This document shows, piece by piece, positions 34,585-48,216 of a stretch of 64,000 nt of DNA. The position numbers were made by a program, and so were the translations under genes. The notes below the pieces were generated by a model. That model was given only the letters and a program-made list of their open reading frames with translations. It was not told the origin of the DNA and searched no databases. Numbering within the stretch: the first letter of the stretch is position 1; each line of letters begins with the position of its first letter. Origin of the DNA: Camelus dromedarius (lineage: Eukaryota); assembly GCF_036321535.1 (NCBI RefSeq), contig NC_087438.1, forward strand, positions 4,776,001 to 4,840,000, in the 5' to 3' direction.

Positions 34585-36849
34585 AATACATTTTTTAAAA
34601 ATTACCTAATGTAACAAAATTTTAAAAATGCATTTGTTTGTAGAAAACATTTCTTTCATATAAACACTGATATTAAAATGTAAGGAGACCCTAACATTCA
34701 GGTAAAATATTTAAACAATTTCCAGCTGTCTCTCTTTCCTGCCAGGCTCCTCATGGCAGAACAGCTTTGCTGGAAAGGCTTGTACAAAACGCCTTTCTTA
34801 TTAGCCCTTTCTGCTCTCCAGTGTTATCAAGTTAAGTAATTTAGTCTATTGATAGCCCTTCTACAATGGCCCAGGCGGGAGCAACCTCCATGGAGATGCT
34901 CAATCCTGCAGATGGTGGCATGAGTCAGAAATACCCCTGTGCAAGGGGCGGTGCCAGGAACTTCTGCTGGGACACCTACTGTTGTGGCTCTTGAGTGGGT
35001 GTGGGATGGGGAGGAGGCGAGGTGATATAATATTTATGCCTCTAAAGTATTTGAGAATATCTCTCTTTGAACATGGCTTGTACCTGGCCTTCTTGGACCC
35101 CTGTGTTTTGGGGTGTGTCAGGTGGCTAATAAGTCTTTCTCTGTCCTTCTAGAAGAAATGACTCCACCCTTCCTCAATCCACCAGCTCTCATGAGCACTT
35201 ACCATGTGCCTGGTGTGGCTATGACGTTTTATGTGAAATTACTCATTTAAATAACCCTGGAGAACCATCACCACTTAACATAAGAAACCCAGGCTTTAAT
35301 CCTTAGCAATTTGTTGGGCAAAATTGCTCCAAAGATACACACCAGGCTCTCATCTTAGCAGGCTGACTGCTCTGCTTTCTAGAACATGGGTGAAGGAGTT
35401 TTCAGTGTGTGGGTTTATGTCATTACTTACACATTCTGTGAGTGAGCTGCTGCAGGACGGATGGCCCACGTTGCTCTAATTACCATCTACATTCCAATGG
35501 AAAAAATGGACAGACAGAAATGTAAACATTTTCTTCTACACAGGCCATTTCAGAAATTGGGTTAACTGTCGACTTGCCAATATCAATCTTTTGAAGAAAG
35601 GATTCTGCTCTTCAATGAAGGAGGCATTGCAGAAATTGAGTTAGAGGCTGAGTAGTAATATCAGAAAGGTGAGGGCAGCCGTTACCCCTCCAGGCAGAAA
35701 GGACCAACTGGAAACAAAAACCAAGAGGAACCCATCGATCTTACAGTGTGGAGATGTTCACCAGAGTGGGGCCACAGCAGGCTGTCAGGTCTGCTTTCTG
35801 CCCAGTGTCCTCTTTCTTTCTAATCCTAAACAAGCAGGAAGGGCAATCTTGGCAACCTGCCCGGCAGGTGATGTAAACTTACCAGGACCTTCGGCTAGTG
35901 GGGAGGGGGTGGGAGGGCAGAAGAGGCTGACTACGTGACACGGCAGGACCTGCAGTGCAAACCTGTATCGTGTGCTTGTCCCAGGGACCCATTTCTTTAA
36001 GGACCTTCAGGATAAACTGCAAGTTCTTAGAAGGGAATGCAAGCAGTTTGTGGCAACCATCTCAGTGCCTGGTTAATGGCCAAGTGAAACCCTGCAAACA
36101 GCTCAATGAAAGATGAGGAGCCAGGGTTAAAAACAAGCAAACTGAACGATTTGCCCCTTGAATCCTTCCCTCATTAAGCATGGAGGAAGCTTTGGGTCTG
36201 ACAAGTGGAGCACAAAGAAGTCTGAACACAAGCCCATGAGTCCTGAACCATCGTCAGCCTTGCCTGTCTAGAGCGTGCTGAGCACGTGTGGGCATCTCTA
36301 CCTCAGCTCTGCAGTGTGGTGACGAAAAAGCACACATTTTTATTCATTTCAGTCATGAGGCTGTGTATCTGGCACACTAAAGAGGGAAACTGGGTCCTTT
36401 TTAATTAGGAGAAAAGCAGAAAGACTTCCATGAGAGAACATTGCAGCCAAAGATGTGTCATCTTAGCTGCTCAACAGCCGTAACCGCTTCTCTCCCGGGC
36501 CGCTGGCTGATTTTGGAGCACCAGCCTACCTCATTTAACATGGAGCGATCGAGGATGCTGGTTCGGTCGTTGACTAGAGAAGCTGCCTTAGAGCAAAGTT
36601 AACTCCACTTCTTAAGCATCCCTTCTTAACGAATCCAATTTTTTTCTTTTTTTGCAGCATTCTCTATTTTTGCCTCCGTTTCTCTCCCATCCATGCTCTT
36701 TACCATGTTACCATTTTTTAACTTGGTTTATTCTCTCATTATCCTGAAATGCAAGTGAGGCATAATCTGATTAGGTTTACCTGTGAAGCTATACTTGTTT
36801 GAGCCATGTCTGTGTGTGTGTAGTCCACAACACCGTTTGAAACACCTCT

Positions 36850-37150
36850 GTAGTGATCCCAGGAATGGTGATGAAGGTGGACAGGTAAGCCCCCAGGCTA
36901 GGTCTTGGTGGTGGAAACAGAAATAAAATGAGTCCCCTCCATGCAGGGCTGTGGACGCTGCAGTGAAGGTCAGGATCTGTGCCTTGAGGGGCCACAGAAG
37001 GGCGGCTTCCTCAGCAGAAGGAGGTCAGAAGGGGCTTCCTTGAGAGGCTGCTTTTGCAGAGAATCAGTGGAAACTGGGATTCACTGGGCTGAGTAGCTTG
37101 GGAAGAATATTTCAGGCCAAGGGAATAGGAACATCTTGGGCGAAGGCAGG
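36850..37150 (-). mobile_element. Degraded L2 fragment
   Basis: ggtcagaaggggcttccttgagagg...gaagaatatttcaggccaagggaatag. Confidence 0.5.
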
Positions 37151-38254
37151 AAGGCAGGAGAGGGCACGTCTCGCCAGGGGACCATAAAGAGGCTTGTGCG
37201 GGGACGCAGAGCCCTCGTCAAGGGAGAGGAAAGGTCAGGAAGGACCCTGCCCGACGTGCTTGTGTGGGAACAACGCAACCTCATCAGTCTCATGGAGGGA
37301 CTTTATACAGACTTCGTTTTAGTAAAATTACAGAAGATGAACTGAAGCGGAAGATGCGGGCGAGGCTAGAGGGGCTTTCAGGGAACCAGCCAAGACGACA
37401 TACAGCAGTACTGAAGGTGGGCTGGCCCTGAACGTGGTGGGTCGTCGGGGCAGGAGAGAAGACAGCGCTGAGAGGGAGGGCTGGCTTTGCAAGGGAACTG
37501 GCTAGTCGAGATTTGAACTGAGAGTTGAGGCAGAGTGTGGTCCCCCGGGACTCCCAGGTAACGGCTGGTGTCGAGGAGACCGATTTGCGCCAGAGAACTC
37601 CCCGCAGAAGGACGGTGAGGAGGGGAGCGTGTTTTGTTTGGCTGCAGAGACTTGGGATGAGGTTCAAAAGCGATGGCCATTTAGGGGAACTTCCAGGGAC
37701 AAGCAAAAGCTCCGGGCGGGGAGCCTGTGTGTGAGGATATCCTGGGAGCAGGCGGCTCCTGAGATGGATGGGGCTGAATCCAGCAAAAGAGGGCACTCGC
37801 TTCTGAAGAATTCTGAAGCAGTGCTTCTAGGTAAGGGTGTTTAAATTGGGGTTTTAAAAGATAAAGCATTCAAAAACATGGGGGTGTGTTAGCACACTGA
37901 GTGTCGTCATGGAAGAGCTGAGAAAAATCCGGACAGAAACAAAGTGGCAGCGGTGAGATGAGACGGGACCTCTGAGGCCAAGTTCACACGAGCAGAACTC
38001 CCCTGGGACGGTAAATCTGGCTGCACACACACCTGTGCCGGATTAGTTATCCGCTCCCTTTGCTTTACTTCCGACTAATTATAATTGCAGAAAACGAGTG
38101 TCTGTTATGTAACGTGCTGCTGTGTCTCATTTGTTATGGTTATGATCCTCCTGCTCCAACACGGGTAGCCCTGGAGAGGCACCATCCGTCTGTGTCCTCC
38201 AGCAGCCCCACGAGGTGGGTTGAGTAGGGACAGCTGAGTGACTAAACCAAAGAG

Positions 38255-38400
38255 AGCCCTGGTTTTGGAGTTGGACCAACCTTGGCTTATATTCGTCCTC
38301 TCATATTGAATAGCCGTGTGATGTCAGTTTCCTTAACCTCTTTGAGTCTCAGTTTCCCCATGTTCCCAGTGGGGATATTGGTGTTGTGTGTGAGATGCTG
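38255..38400 (+). mobile_element. MIR fragment
   Basis: tagccgtgtgatgtcagtttccttaacctctttgagtctcagtttccccatg. Confidence 0.7.
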
Positions 38401-38887
38401 CATGGAAAACTTGTCTGTGGGGGGCCTGACAGAGCTGGCATTGACCTGCGTCTGCATTTCACCATCAGTTCCCTGCAGCACGGTGTGAGCACAGCCTCTG
38501 TTAGCTTTTCCCTTGCTATCCTGTTTATATTTAACGCCAGAATCCTCCCATTCCATCCCTACAACCCACAGTGGCTTCCCTCTGTACATGACTGTAAGCC
38601 TGCAAATGGGATTACAAAATACCCAGGGAACCACAGCTGCCTTATGCGTCTCTTCTCCTCCAGGCAGGAAGCCTGCTGTCAGGGAGTCCTAGGTCAGGGC
38701 CCGAGTCCTTGGCAACTGTTGCTGGTGTTCCCCTGGTCCAGATGGTCCACCGCGGTCTTATAAAAGGAGTAGTTAAAACCAGTGTCCTCATAATAAAATA
38801 AAAGGAATATAGAAGAATATTAGACCCATAACTAATCAAGCGATTATAACCAACTCCAAATGTTAAGAAATGTGGCTGCAAAGATGA

Positions 38888-39360
38888 CAGTATCAGCTTC
38901 CTGTGGCTGCTGTAACAAACTGCTACAAAGATGGTGGCTTAAAATAACAGAAATTTATTCTCTCACAGGTGTGGAGAAGAAGTCTGAAATTGACATCATG
39001 GACCAAAGTCAGGGTCTCAGCAGGACTGCTCTCCCTCCAGAGGCTCCAGGCTAGACCCAGCTCTTGGCTTCTTCCGGCCTCTGGCGGCTGCCAGTGCTCC
39101 TCGGCTTGTGGCCACATCACTCCAGTCTCTGTTTCTGTGGTCATGCTGCCTCGTCCTCTTCCATCTGGGAAGTTCCGTCTGCCTCCCTCATATTAGGATG
39201 TGGGTGATTGCATCGGGTCTACATGGAGAATCCTGGATGATCTCTTTATCCTGAGATCCTCAGTGACATCTGCAAAGTCCTTTATTGCCACATAAGGTAA
39301 CATTCACAATCCAAAGACCCCGATGTTTATAGCTCTGGGGACATCTTCCTGCCTAGCACA
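38888..39360 (-). mobile_element. Solo MaLR LTR (MLT1C/D-like)
   Basis: ggctgctgtaacaaactg...ggtggcttaaaataacagaaatttattctctcacag...acatctgcaaagtcc...ataaggtaacattcaca...cctagcaca. Confidence 0.88.
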
Positions 39361-40490
39361 GTGGCCTCTAGTTCCACTTCTTATGAGCACCCGTGAACCC
39401 CTCACCTGCAGCCCCTGCTGTCTGCCCGGACCCCCTCTCTCAATGACCCAGTTGTGTTTCTGGATGATCCTCTTCTGTATATTTCCCTCCATTCCATGGG
39501 TCAGAGTTCAAGAAAACTTCCAAAGAGCTCGATACAACGCGATTCCAGACATTCAGCCTTTACGTGAAGCTTTCCATAGCAGCTTCTTGTGCTCTGCTCA
39601 CTTTTCTTTCTTTGTATTTGCACAAAACCTACAACTGCTTCTTCCTTTGTGGATGTCTGATGACCTCCTTCTGGGTCCATGCCCATTCTGGTGGCCCACC
39701 TGGGCACAGCCGTGTCCTCGTGAACTCTGGCTGACTCAGCGTGTGCCTGAGCGTGTGACGGGCGGGCACACCACAGTGTCCAGGAGGATGCGACTCCACC
39801 AGCAACACACTTGCTCAGTCACTCTCGTTCCCACCATTAATTTCTAGCGAATTGGTGATATGAAAGGAAATGGATCCTTAAATTGTGAAAACCGTAGGGA
39901 AAAAAAATCAATAGGCACTTTTATTGCCTCTTGGTTTCTGAGCTAAAATAATACATTCTTTTATTGCCCTTAGCTGGGTTAACTTCCCCACAAAATCCTA
40001 TTTTTTAAAAGAGTTGGTCTCCTAGCAGTGTCAACACTGTTGCCTGTAAAATCCTTCATATTTAGTGTGTATACATTTGTGAAACTATTGCTACAGTATT
40101 TCTGCCTCGATGTTCCTTCTACAACCTGCAAGGAATGCTAAACTGCTAAAAATCTGCCTTCTGTTTTGTGTCATTTACAACCATTTGCAAATGAGAATAT
40201 GAGTTTTACTCAGAATGATGGTCTCAGTTTTGCAAATGTTTTTTGCTATTTAAGGGAAAGGACTCCAGGCTGAGGTCCAGCAGCACCGGTCCCAAGTCAG
40301 AGGGAATGACTCCCCTCTGTTTCCTGCCTCAGGTTTTCATGACTTGCTGCCCACATGTGCCCTTTCTTGCTCAATTCCTGCTGCTTCTGGGACCCTCCAC
40401 TCTCACCCTCCTGTCAGGGACAATTCTGGAAAAGGTGCTCCAGAAGGTGCACCCTTCAGTGTTGGTGGCATTGAAACTGGGCATCTCTTT

Positions 40491-40793
40491 CAAATGAATT
40501 TATTTACAAAACAGAAATAGACTCACCGACATAGAAAACAAACTTATGATTACCAAAGGGGAAAGAGGAGGAAGGGATAAATCAGGAATTTGGGATTAAC
40601 AGATACACAGTACTCTGTATAAAATAGATAAACAACAAGGACCTACTGTACAGCACAGGGAACTATATTCAGTATCTTCTAATAACTTCTAATGGAAAAG
40701 AATCTGAAAAAGAATATATATAATCACCGAATCACTTTGCTGTACACCTGAAACACTGTAAATCAACTACGCTTCAATTAAAAAAAAAACAAA
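40491..40793 (+). mobile_element. L1 3' UTR insertion with TSD
   Basis: caaatgaatttatttacaaaacagaaatagactcac...aatcaactacgcttcaatt plus A-tail; TSD ctgggcatctct at 40477-40488 and 40795-40806. Confidence 0.92.
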
Positions 40794-41697
40794 CCTGGGC
40801 ATCTCTGAGGAAAGGGCTGCCTTAATGTGCACCTGGAGGTGGTTATGAAACATTCTTCCAGGACAGTCAGCAAGAAAACCCATGCGTCACAACGCGGCCA
40901 GTGAGTGTGGGGGCTCCTTCCAGAGAAGCCTGGAATCACCTGCTCTGAGGCTCGTGGGCAGAACCCCGAGAGAGGCCCGTGAGGTTATTGCTTTGGGAAA
41001 TAAACCTCATCTCTGGGGAAATGCCAACTGCACCAGAATGGAAAGTAAGGGAAAGGATAGTAGTTAACAGAAACAAGTAAATGGGTTCCCAGTGCAATGC
41101 CATGACCCCACATGCGGACAGCGTCATCTCTTGCCAAAGAAGCTCTGCTTGGGCAGGCGCGCTGCGCAGAGTTCTGGGTGGCGCTAATACATGGCTCCAG
41201 AAATTAGGTGTGGCTTCAGTGATTTGCTCGATCCTCTCAAAAACTGACTTACACATTTAAATTTCACTGGGTCCGCAATTTGGTCTGTAAATTCTACGTA
41301 GTTTTTCAGTCTTCATTAAATACATTCATTATCTGATTATTTCAACAATGAAGGAATTAAGGCATTTTGAAAAACAACATTTATCTTTAAGCAGTGTAGA
41401 TTTTTCAAATATTATCAAGAAAAAAAAAAGCTGACAGATAAAAATCCAGTTTATCATTAATGGTTCACTGCAGAGTAAGGCAGAGTATTAGAGAGAAAGA
41501 CAGAAATCACAGTGTCAATACAAATAAATCAATTTTCCAACTGGACTTTGACATTTTAAAAAATACAGAAGTAGAGTTAAAACCAAGTGGGGTTTTGGTA
41601 TGCTATACAGATGTATTGGGATGCTTGTAAATATTTTGGGATAACTTCTTCTAATTATAAAAATATCACATTCACTGTAGAAAAAGAGAAAAATTCA

Positions 41698-41823
41698 CCT
41701 GCACCCCAGTGTTCATCATGGCATTATGTACAATTGCCAAGGTATGGAAACAACCTTAGTTCCCATCAGGATGAATGGATAAAAAAGATGTATATATATA
41801 TGTGTGTATATGTATATATATAT

Positions 41824-41862
<39 letters not shown>

Positions 41863-42260
41863 GGAATACTACTCAGCCATAAAAAGGAATAAAACAATGC
41901 CATTTGAAGCCACATGGATGGACCTTGAAGGTATTATGCTTGGTGAAATAAATCAAAGGGAGAAAGACAAACATTGTATGATTTCAGTCATCTGTGGAAT
42001 AAGAAAGAAACAAACAAATGAAAAATAAATGAACAAACCAACCAAAGAAAAACAAACGCTTAGATACAGAGAACAGAGCAGTGGTAACGGAAGGGGAAGG
42101 AGCAGGAGAAGGCGAAATGGGTAAAAGGGGGTCAACCATATGGTGATGGATAGAAACGGGATGTTTTGGTGGTGAGTACACTGTTGTGTATACAGAACTA
42201 GAAATATAATGTTGTACACATGAAACATGAAGTGTTATAAACCAATGTTACCTCAATAAA
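41698..42260 (+). mobile_element. L1 3' insertion with TSD
   Basis: ORF 41804 MEYYSAIKRNKTMPFEATWMDLEGIML; TSD aaaaagagaaaaattca (41681-41697) / aaaaagtgaaaaattca (42261-42277). Confidence 0.92.
41789..41860. repeat. Compound (TA)/(TG)/(CA)n microsatellite within L1
   Basis: Directly visible. Confidence 0.95.
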
Positions 42261-44814
42261 AAAAAGTGAAAAATTCAGAGGAATAATAAGAAAAAAAATC
42301 CAAATCACTCATAATTCTGCCACTCAGGGCCAACCACAATGTGTATGTAGATTTTTTTTTTAATCCTTTGGACCTGTGTTTAGAGTTCAGAGTTCTGTTT
42401 TATTTCTTCTTTGACACAGAACACATTTCCCATGATCTGGGAAACTTGACACAGTTGCCTGGTCTGTGCACAGACACGACTGATGGCCCCGATGGCCCCA
42501 CCGTTCCCCTGTGGCCGTCAGGGACGTGCTGATTTTCTTAGCTATGATCTGTAACACTCAATGAGCATTCTGAGACACATATCTTTTCGCCAACTTTCCT
42601 AATCATTCTCTGAGGATGATTTAATATAAATTTAAAAGGACTCTGAAAGTCTCAACTTAATTATAGAATCCAGCAGAGTTGTGGGCTGATTTTACCGCCA
42701 GCCGTGTGGGAAAGGGATGAAGTGCCAGTGAGCCTCATTTGCAGCTCAACAGAGAAAACTCACGAGAACCTGATCCTTTCAGATAAAAGAATGCCAACTA
42801 ATGTGTTATTGGGACATATTTTTAAGGAAGACAAACAGGGCTGCAGGCTTTGGGGTTCGGGGTTATAGGTCGCATTTCATAGGATGTAGTGACAATTTCT
42901 GAAGTTTTTGTGTCCGTGTTTCACAAAACACTCTTGAGGGCAGTTTTCACAGTAGAAATAACCAGGGTTACATCTTTTAGCACAAGCCTTCGCGCTGGAC
43001 AAGAGAACAAAAACTGAGAATTTGCTCAGTGGTCTTGATTTTCCTACTTTATAAAACCCCAAACTTGTGTTCATATAATTGGAAAGCAGTGTTGGCTGTT
43101 CTCTCGCTAGAGGAAAAAGGAACATTTTTGCCCTCTTCTTCTGCTGAGATCTGTTTCTCCAGCAGCGAGGGAGGCACTTGATTTTCCAGGACGTGCGCTG
43201 GCATTCCATTATTTCTCCCCAGGAGAGGGGGAAAAGAGCCCCAAGGCAATAAAACTCACAATATGTAAAGAAAAAGAGAAAAAGAACTGTAGCTATAATG
43301 TCTTCTTGAAAATAAAATTTTAGGATCAAAGGCTATGAAATCTGTTTAAAGACTTCTTGCCTCAAAAGACCAAATTACTTTGTAGAACCATTACGTCAAC
43401 TTGCATTTCCACGAGCAGTGAGCGTGTGAGCTCCCGTTGCATCGCATTATGCTTTTTTTTTAAGTCTTGTACTTATTTCTAGCAAAATAATGCTGCATAT
43501 TTCTGGAAATATTCTATCAGGGCTGATGGAGAGAAGCAGAGAACCACATTTTAGTTGAAATGGGAAGTTCTATTTACCTTTGAAAGACCTTGGGTAGTGA
43601 CTTCTCTCTGCAGCTTTCCCTCCCTGATTAGTTTCGGTCCAGGTCATTTTGAAGGTTGGTCTCCATTAAGCAAAAGCAGAGTGAACGTTAGTAGAGTGAC
43701 TGCAGGGGGAAAAAAAATCCAATTCAATAAGTTTGTACTATGAATTAGCCAGGAAAAAGCCCCAGGGGCAGTGCTCTTACATTTACTGCTGTTGATAGTG
43801 GGAGCTCGGCAGACCTTTCTGGCGCTGCCGCCACCAGGGCCACTGTCACCGAGCGTATATTGCCATATGCGGTGCATCGCTCACGTCTGGAATAATCATA
43901 GATGTCAGGCTGATGAATTTGCTCTTCCTTGGTGATTCTGCCACTTTCTATGATTCCACCATCCCCGGACAACATGTGATGGGACAGCCATCAAGCCATC
44001 GAGCTGCTACTGACAGGCTCAGCCGTCCTGCTGAGACTCATATTTGACAGTGTCAGAGTGAGACGTGCAAAAGCAAATGAGGCTCCCAGAAGGCGTGATC
44101 AACCTTCAGCTCTCTGGCCTCTGGGATCCATTTTACTGCTAATAAAAGTCAACAGAAGAAATACATGCTTTGAAGGAGAGTCAAGCACTTCATTTAAATA
44201 GATTTAAATGCAAAATAACAGCATAATTCAGGAGATGCCACCTTCTCCTGCTCTGTCACCCATTTGCCGTGGCTGTTCTGTCTTCAAGGAGACATCACAG
44301 AATCTGCACCAAAACCCAATCTTTGTCAAAAGAGAGCATCTTTGCAGGAAATGTGCTGCATTGTAAATGTTACACAATTGTCAGCTTGTGTTAGATGATT
44401 CTTCCCAAATCTATAAGAAAAAAAATACTACAATAATAGAAAAAAACCCCACCTTTTTTCAAAAAGGGTATTTACATATTAACTAGTGCTGCCATGTGAT
44501 GGTTATTTATGTGAGCTAATTTTAAGGACTGAGTATTGTCGTGACTAAATTTTAGTGCTTTGGCTTTAAGACACAAACCCACTGAACAGTAAAACAGGTA
44601 GTTGAAAGTTGTGATGATAATGCCAAGTATGAGTCTGGCTTCCACTGATGTCTCTAAAGCCAAAGGTAACTAGAAAGAAAACAAAACATAAGATTGTATT
44701 ATTATTATCATTGGTGCTAGTGACACTTTGCGGTAACCAAAAGGCTTGGAATGGAACAAAAACAGAAAAGGTTTGGGCGCCATGGGGATGAAAACTGTTT
44801 TGCTCGCAAAACAT

Positions 44815-44902
44815 TTCTGTCCAGAGTACTGCAGGGGACCAGTGGGTACTCAGTAAGAATTTACTGGTTAAATGGATGGAGTGAATGAGTGAATGAATGA
44901 AT
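44815..44902 (+). mobile_element. L2 3' terminus
   Basis: gggtactcagtaagaatttactggttaaatggatggagtgaatgagtgaatgaatgaatg. Confidence 0.65.
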
Positions 44903-46859
44903 GGTGCCTGGTAGGTATGGGAAGAGCAAAGGACCATGGAAAGTATTTTCTCCACAATCCACACTTAAAGGATGACAGTCAAGAACTACACGATCCACCA
45001 GAGATTGGCTCTATGCAGGGCCATGGGTTGGATGTTGTAATTAATCTTGAAAATCCATTGGCCCACCTGAAACCTAAATGAACCTAAGAACTTGAGGCCA
45101 GTGAGGGCACCTTTCAGAGCCACACTTTCCTCTTCTCCAGGCTGTTCTTCCAATGAATAAAGTTCCCTTCTGAAACATGGCAGAAAGGAAACGCAGAAAT
45201 GTGAATGTCCCAATGCGTTCACTTTCTTCAAGACTATGCTATTAATATGCTTCAAAAATTAATGTGCGTATTTCTAAAGGCTTCTGAACGTTTTCCCTTT
45301 GGATTTTCTGTTTCGTCATTGTCAGAAAAGTATCACTGAACTTCCGTGACTATCCAATTGGAACTGATTTAATCTAACACATTTTCCACCTGAAAAAAGC
45401 TCAATAATGCCTCTGGGTTGCATATCTCCCACTCAGGTGCACACTGTTCATTCAGATTTCTGGGGTCAATTTGACAATCTTCCAAGCACATATATTCTCT
45501 ATGACTGACAGCTCAAATAATTATCTCCAGAGTTCTGAGTTTTACAGCTGATAGTAGGGTTGTCAGAACTTCACCTGGAGTGCCCTTGGCCTATTTCTTT
45601 AAAATTATGGTGTAGATTTAACTTACAGTGCTTCAAGAAATAACCCTGCGTACATTTTAATCCTCAGAAAATGTTCACATCCAATTGGAATACCCTGTAA
45701 TCAATGTGGAACTTGAAATACCAGAATGTGCAATTCTGAAATAAATAAAAACCAACATAACTGTACTCTCTGTAGTATGCAAACTAGCCTTGACAATGGA
45801 CAATTTAGTAGGCTCCACAGAATCCTCAAATGAGGCTAGGTTTACAAGGTTTGACTCTATTTTTAAACCAAAAAGGAAAATGAGGTTTTAAAGAGAACAA
45901 ATCTCCCATAAGCATTGACAGTAACTTTCCACATCTAGCCGTTCCAGGTGCACGGCTGAGTCCCTGCCGCCTTAGGGCAGAAAAAAGTCCTAACAGTAAA
46001 GGAGGAAAGGTTCCAACCTGCCCTTGTTTCTGAGTTTGCAAGTTGCAGGGGTCCATCTCCCTGGTTGTCCACGGTTCTCATTTCCGTGACTGAGGAAGCA
46101 GACAGTCTCCCTGGAGAAAAGCTGAGGCTGGTTGAAGTCTCCCTCAAAGGGCTTCTGAAAGCTTCACTGGAAAATTTAAAGCAGAGGATGAAGGAAACAC
46201 TTCCCTTCAGCTTTGAAACATAAAGGAGAGTTGAGTTGCAGCACAAAACATTTCGGGTTTTGGAACTGATAAGAAAAAGTTTCATGCCTCATTCAAAACT
46301 CAAGAAGTGGGAAAATGAGGAAACACGTTAGTCGTGCTGGGGAGCACTGCGATGACACAACACAGAGAAGGGCTGAGCTGGCCCTGGCAGGGCACCGCTC
46401 CACTACTGCAAATGCCAGGTGTGCTGGGGAGTGATCGTAGAACTTCTAGGGTGTTTGCCACATGTAGGAAAGTTGATCCACAGTCATTTATAAGATACAT
46501 ACAACTTCCCTCTAGCTGACATCCTTAATGAATCTTTGCCAAGACTTCCGTGTGGTGCAGGTGGACGTAGACATGGAAGGGCATTTGCGATGGCTGGAGG
46601 AGAGGTGTAGCGCCCTCTATTTTAAGACTCTAGAGTCACACTGGAGCCCAGTGATGGACAGGCCATCTTTGAGATTCTACAGGACCCCAAAAAAGGGGTC
46701 AGGACACAGGGCCTGGGTGATAGGTTTTTTGGGTTTTTTTTTGCAAAAACTCTTATATTAAAATAACACATCTATGAGTTGAATATGTAGCATAGAATTT
46801 TCTCAAACTCTAAGAATTTACTGTAGTTGAATGAAGAGTGGAGAGTGTCAATGACAATA

Positions 46860-47030
46860 AATGGAGCCTGAGGTATAGACAGATAGATTATAGGTAGATA
46901 AGTAGATGATGGATGGATGAATGACTAGGTATTGAGGTAAATGATAGGTAGATAGAGCCATAGGTAGAGATATAAATATGAATACAGTTACCCTATTGGT
47001 TCTCTTCCTCTGGAGAACGCCGACTGATAC
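46860..47030 (+). mobile_element. MLT2-like LTR 3' end with GATA/GATG-type simple repeat
   Basis: cctattggttctcttcctctggagaacgccgactgataca terminus. Confidence 0.7.
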
Positions 47031-47049
47031 AAGAAGTTTATCACAGAGA

Positions 47050-47285
47050 TGAACACTCAAACCAGATGGGCTGTATCTGAATCCCCCTCCACCACAGAGC
47101 TGCAGAAGACGTTAAGAGAGCTGTTTAACCTCTTTCTCCATCAGTTTCATCATCTGTTCAACGGAGGTAATATTGGCATCTACATGGTAATTTTTTTGGG
47201 AGGATTAAGTTAGTTCAAATATTTAATATGTTTAGAATAACTGTGGGCCCATTGTAAACATTTAATATCTGTTAGCTATCTATAT
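47050..47285 (+). mobile_element. MIR
   Basis: tttaacctctttctccatcagtttcatcatctgt...gaggattaagttagtt...tttagaata...tgttagctat. Confidence 0.75.
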
Positions 47286-48216
47286 GAGTGTTGATAAATG
47301 CTACTGCTTATTAATAATTGTGTAAGGCATATACGACATGGAATATTCTGTGAAGTAAGACAAGCAGCCCACTTCAGGAATTCTCAGCAGACTGAAGTGC
47401 CCTCTAAGACTGGCAGTTTGCATAAGAGTTACTTTAAGGTGCTGTTCCGCGTGTTTTTTTAATCTGCTATGAGTAATTTTAGGTGCAGTTGTGTGATCAT
47501 GGAGTAGGTTTTGAGATGGGCCCCAAAGCCACATCACATTTTGGAAAGGAGTTGGCCATGATTTTAAAAGTTGTTATGTCGAATCCTTCCCCCACATCCA
47601 AATGCTCCTTGCTCTCCTACCCATCACTGGTCGCTTCCATTGAACTAGAAGGTGCCTTTGTCGGTTTACATCAAAGGCACACACAGGTCTTGGCATACAT
47701 GCCCTCCTCTATATTCTCTTTCATTCCAGGATGTCAGAAACACTTTAGAGTGAGATTTCCTTTTTTTTTTTTTAACTTTATAAAAATTATACATGATTAT
47801 TATAGAAAATTTATGGAAATTTAATAAATGCAGAAAATTTGAAGGGAGAAATAGTAAAGAAAGTCAGACTTTTTCTGTATGTACTTTTAAACATAAATGC
47901 ATGGTATTTCCAGGCTATCATCGTATCAGTTTTTCTGAATATGAATAATACATGCCACTGTAGAAAATTAGGAAAGTGTAGAAAAATATACCAGAAATCA
48001 CTTGGAAGTTCATAACAGTAGAAAACCCAGTGGTAAGTGGTATCGAACTTTAGTTTTTCCCATGCAGTTAACAATTTTAGACGTTGTAATCAATAAACTG
48101 ACTGTAAGGAAGAGTCACACACAGTGAAGCACGGATTGCTGATGAAAGGAGCCATGAAGGAGAGGTTTGTGTCAGACGGTAAGTCCTTCCAGTCTCTATA
48201 AAACCACACTTATTCA

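Noticed and set aside
37290..37796. 168-aa ORF in a moderately CpG-rich stretch
   Set aside because: No recognisable homology or splice structure; ORFs are open on both strands.
39323..39847. 174-aa plus-strand ORF
   Set aside because: Begins inside an MLT1 LTR and has no recognisable domain.
43820..43850. CTCF motif (gccaccagggccac)
   Set aside because: Several mismatches in the core; cannot be supported without a matrix scan.
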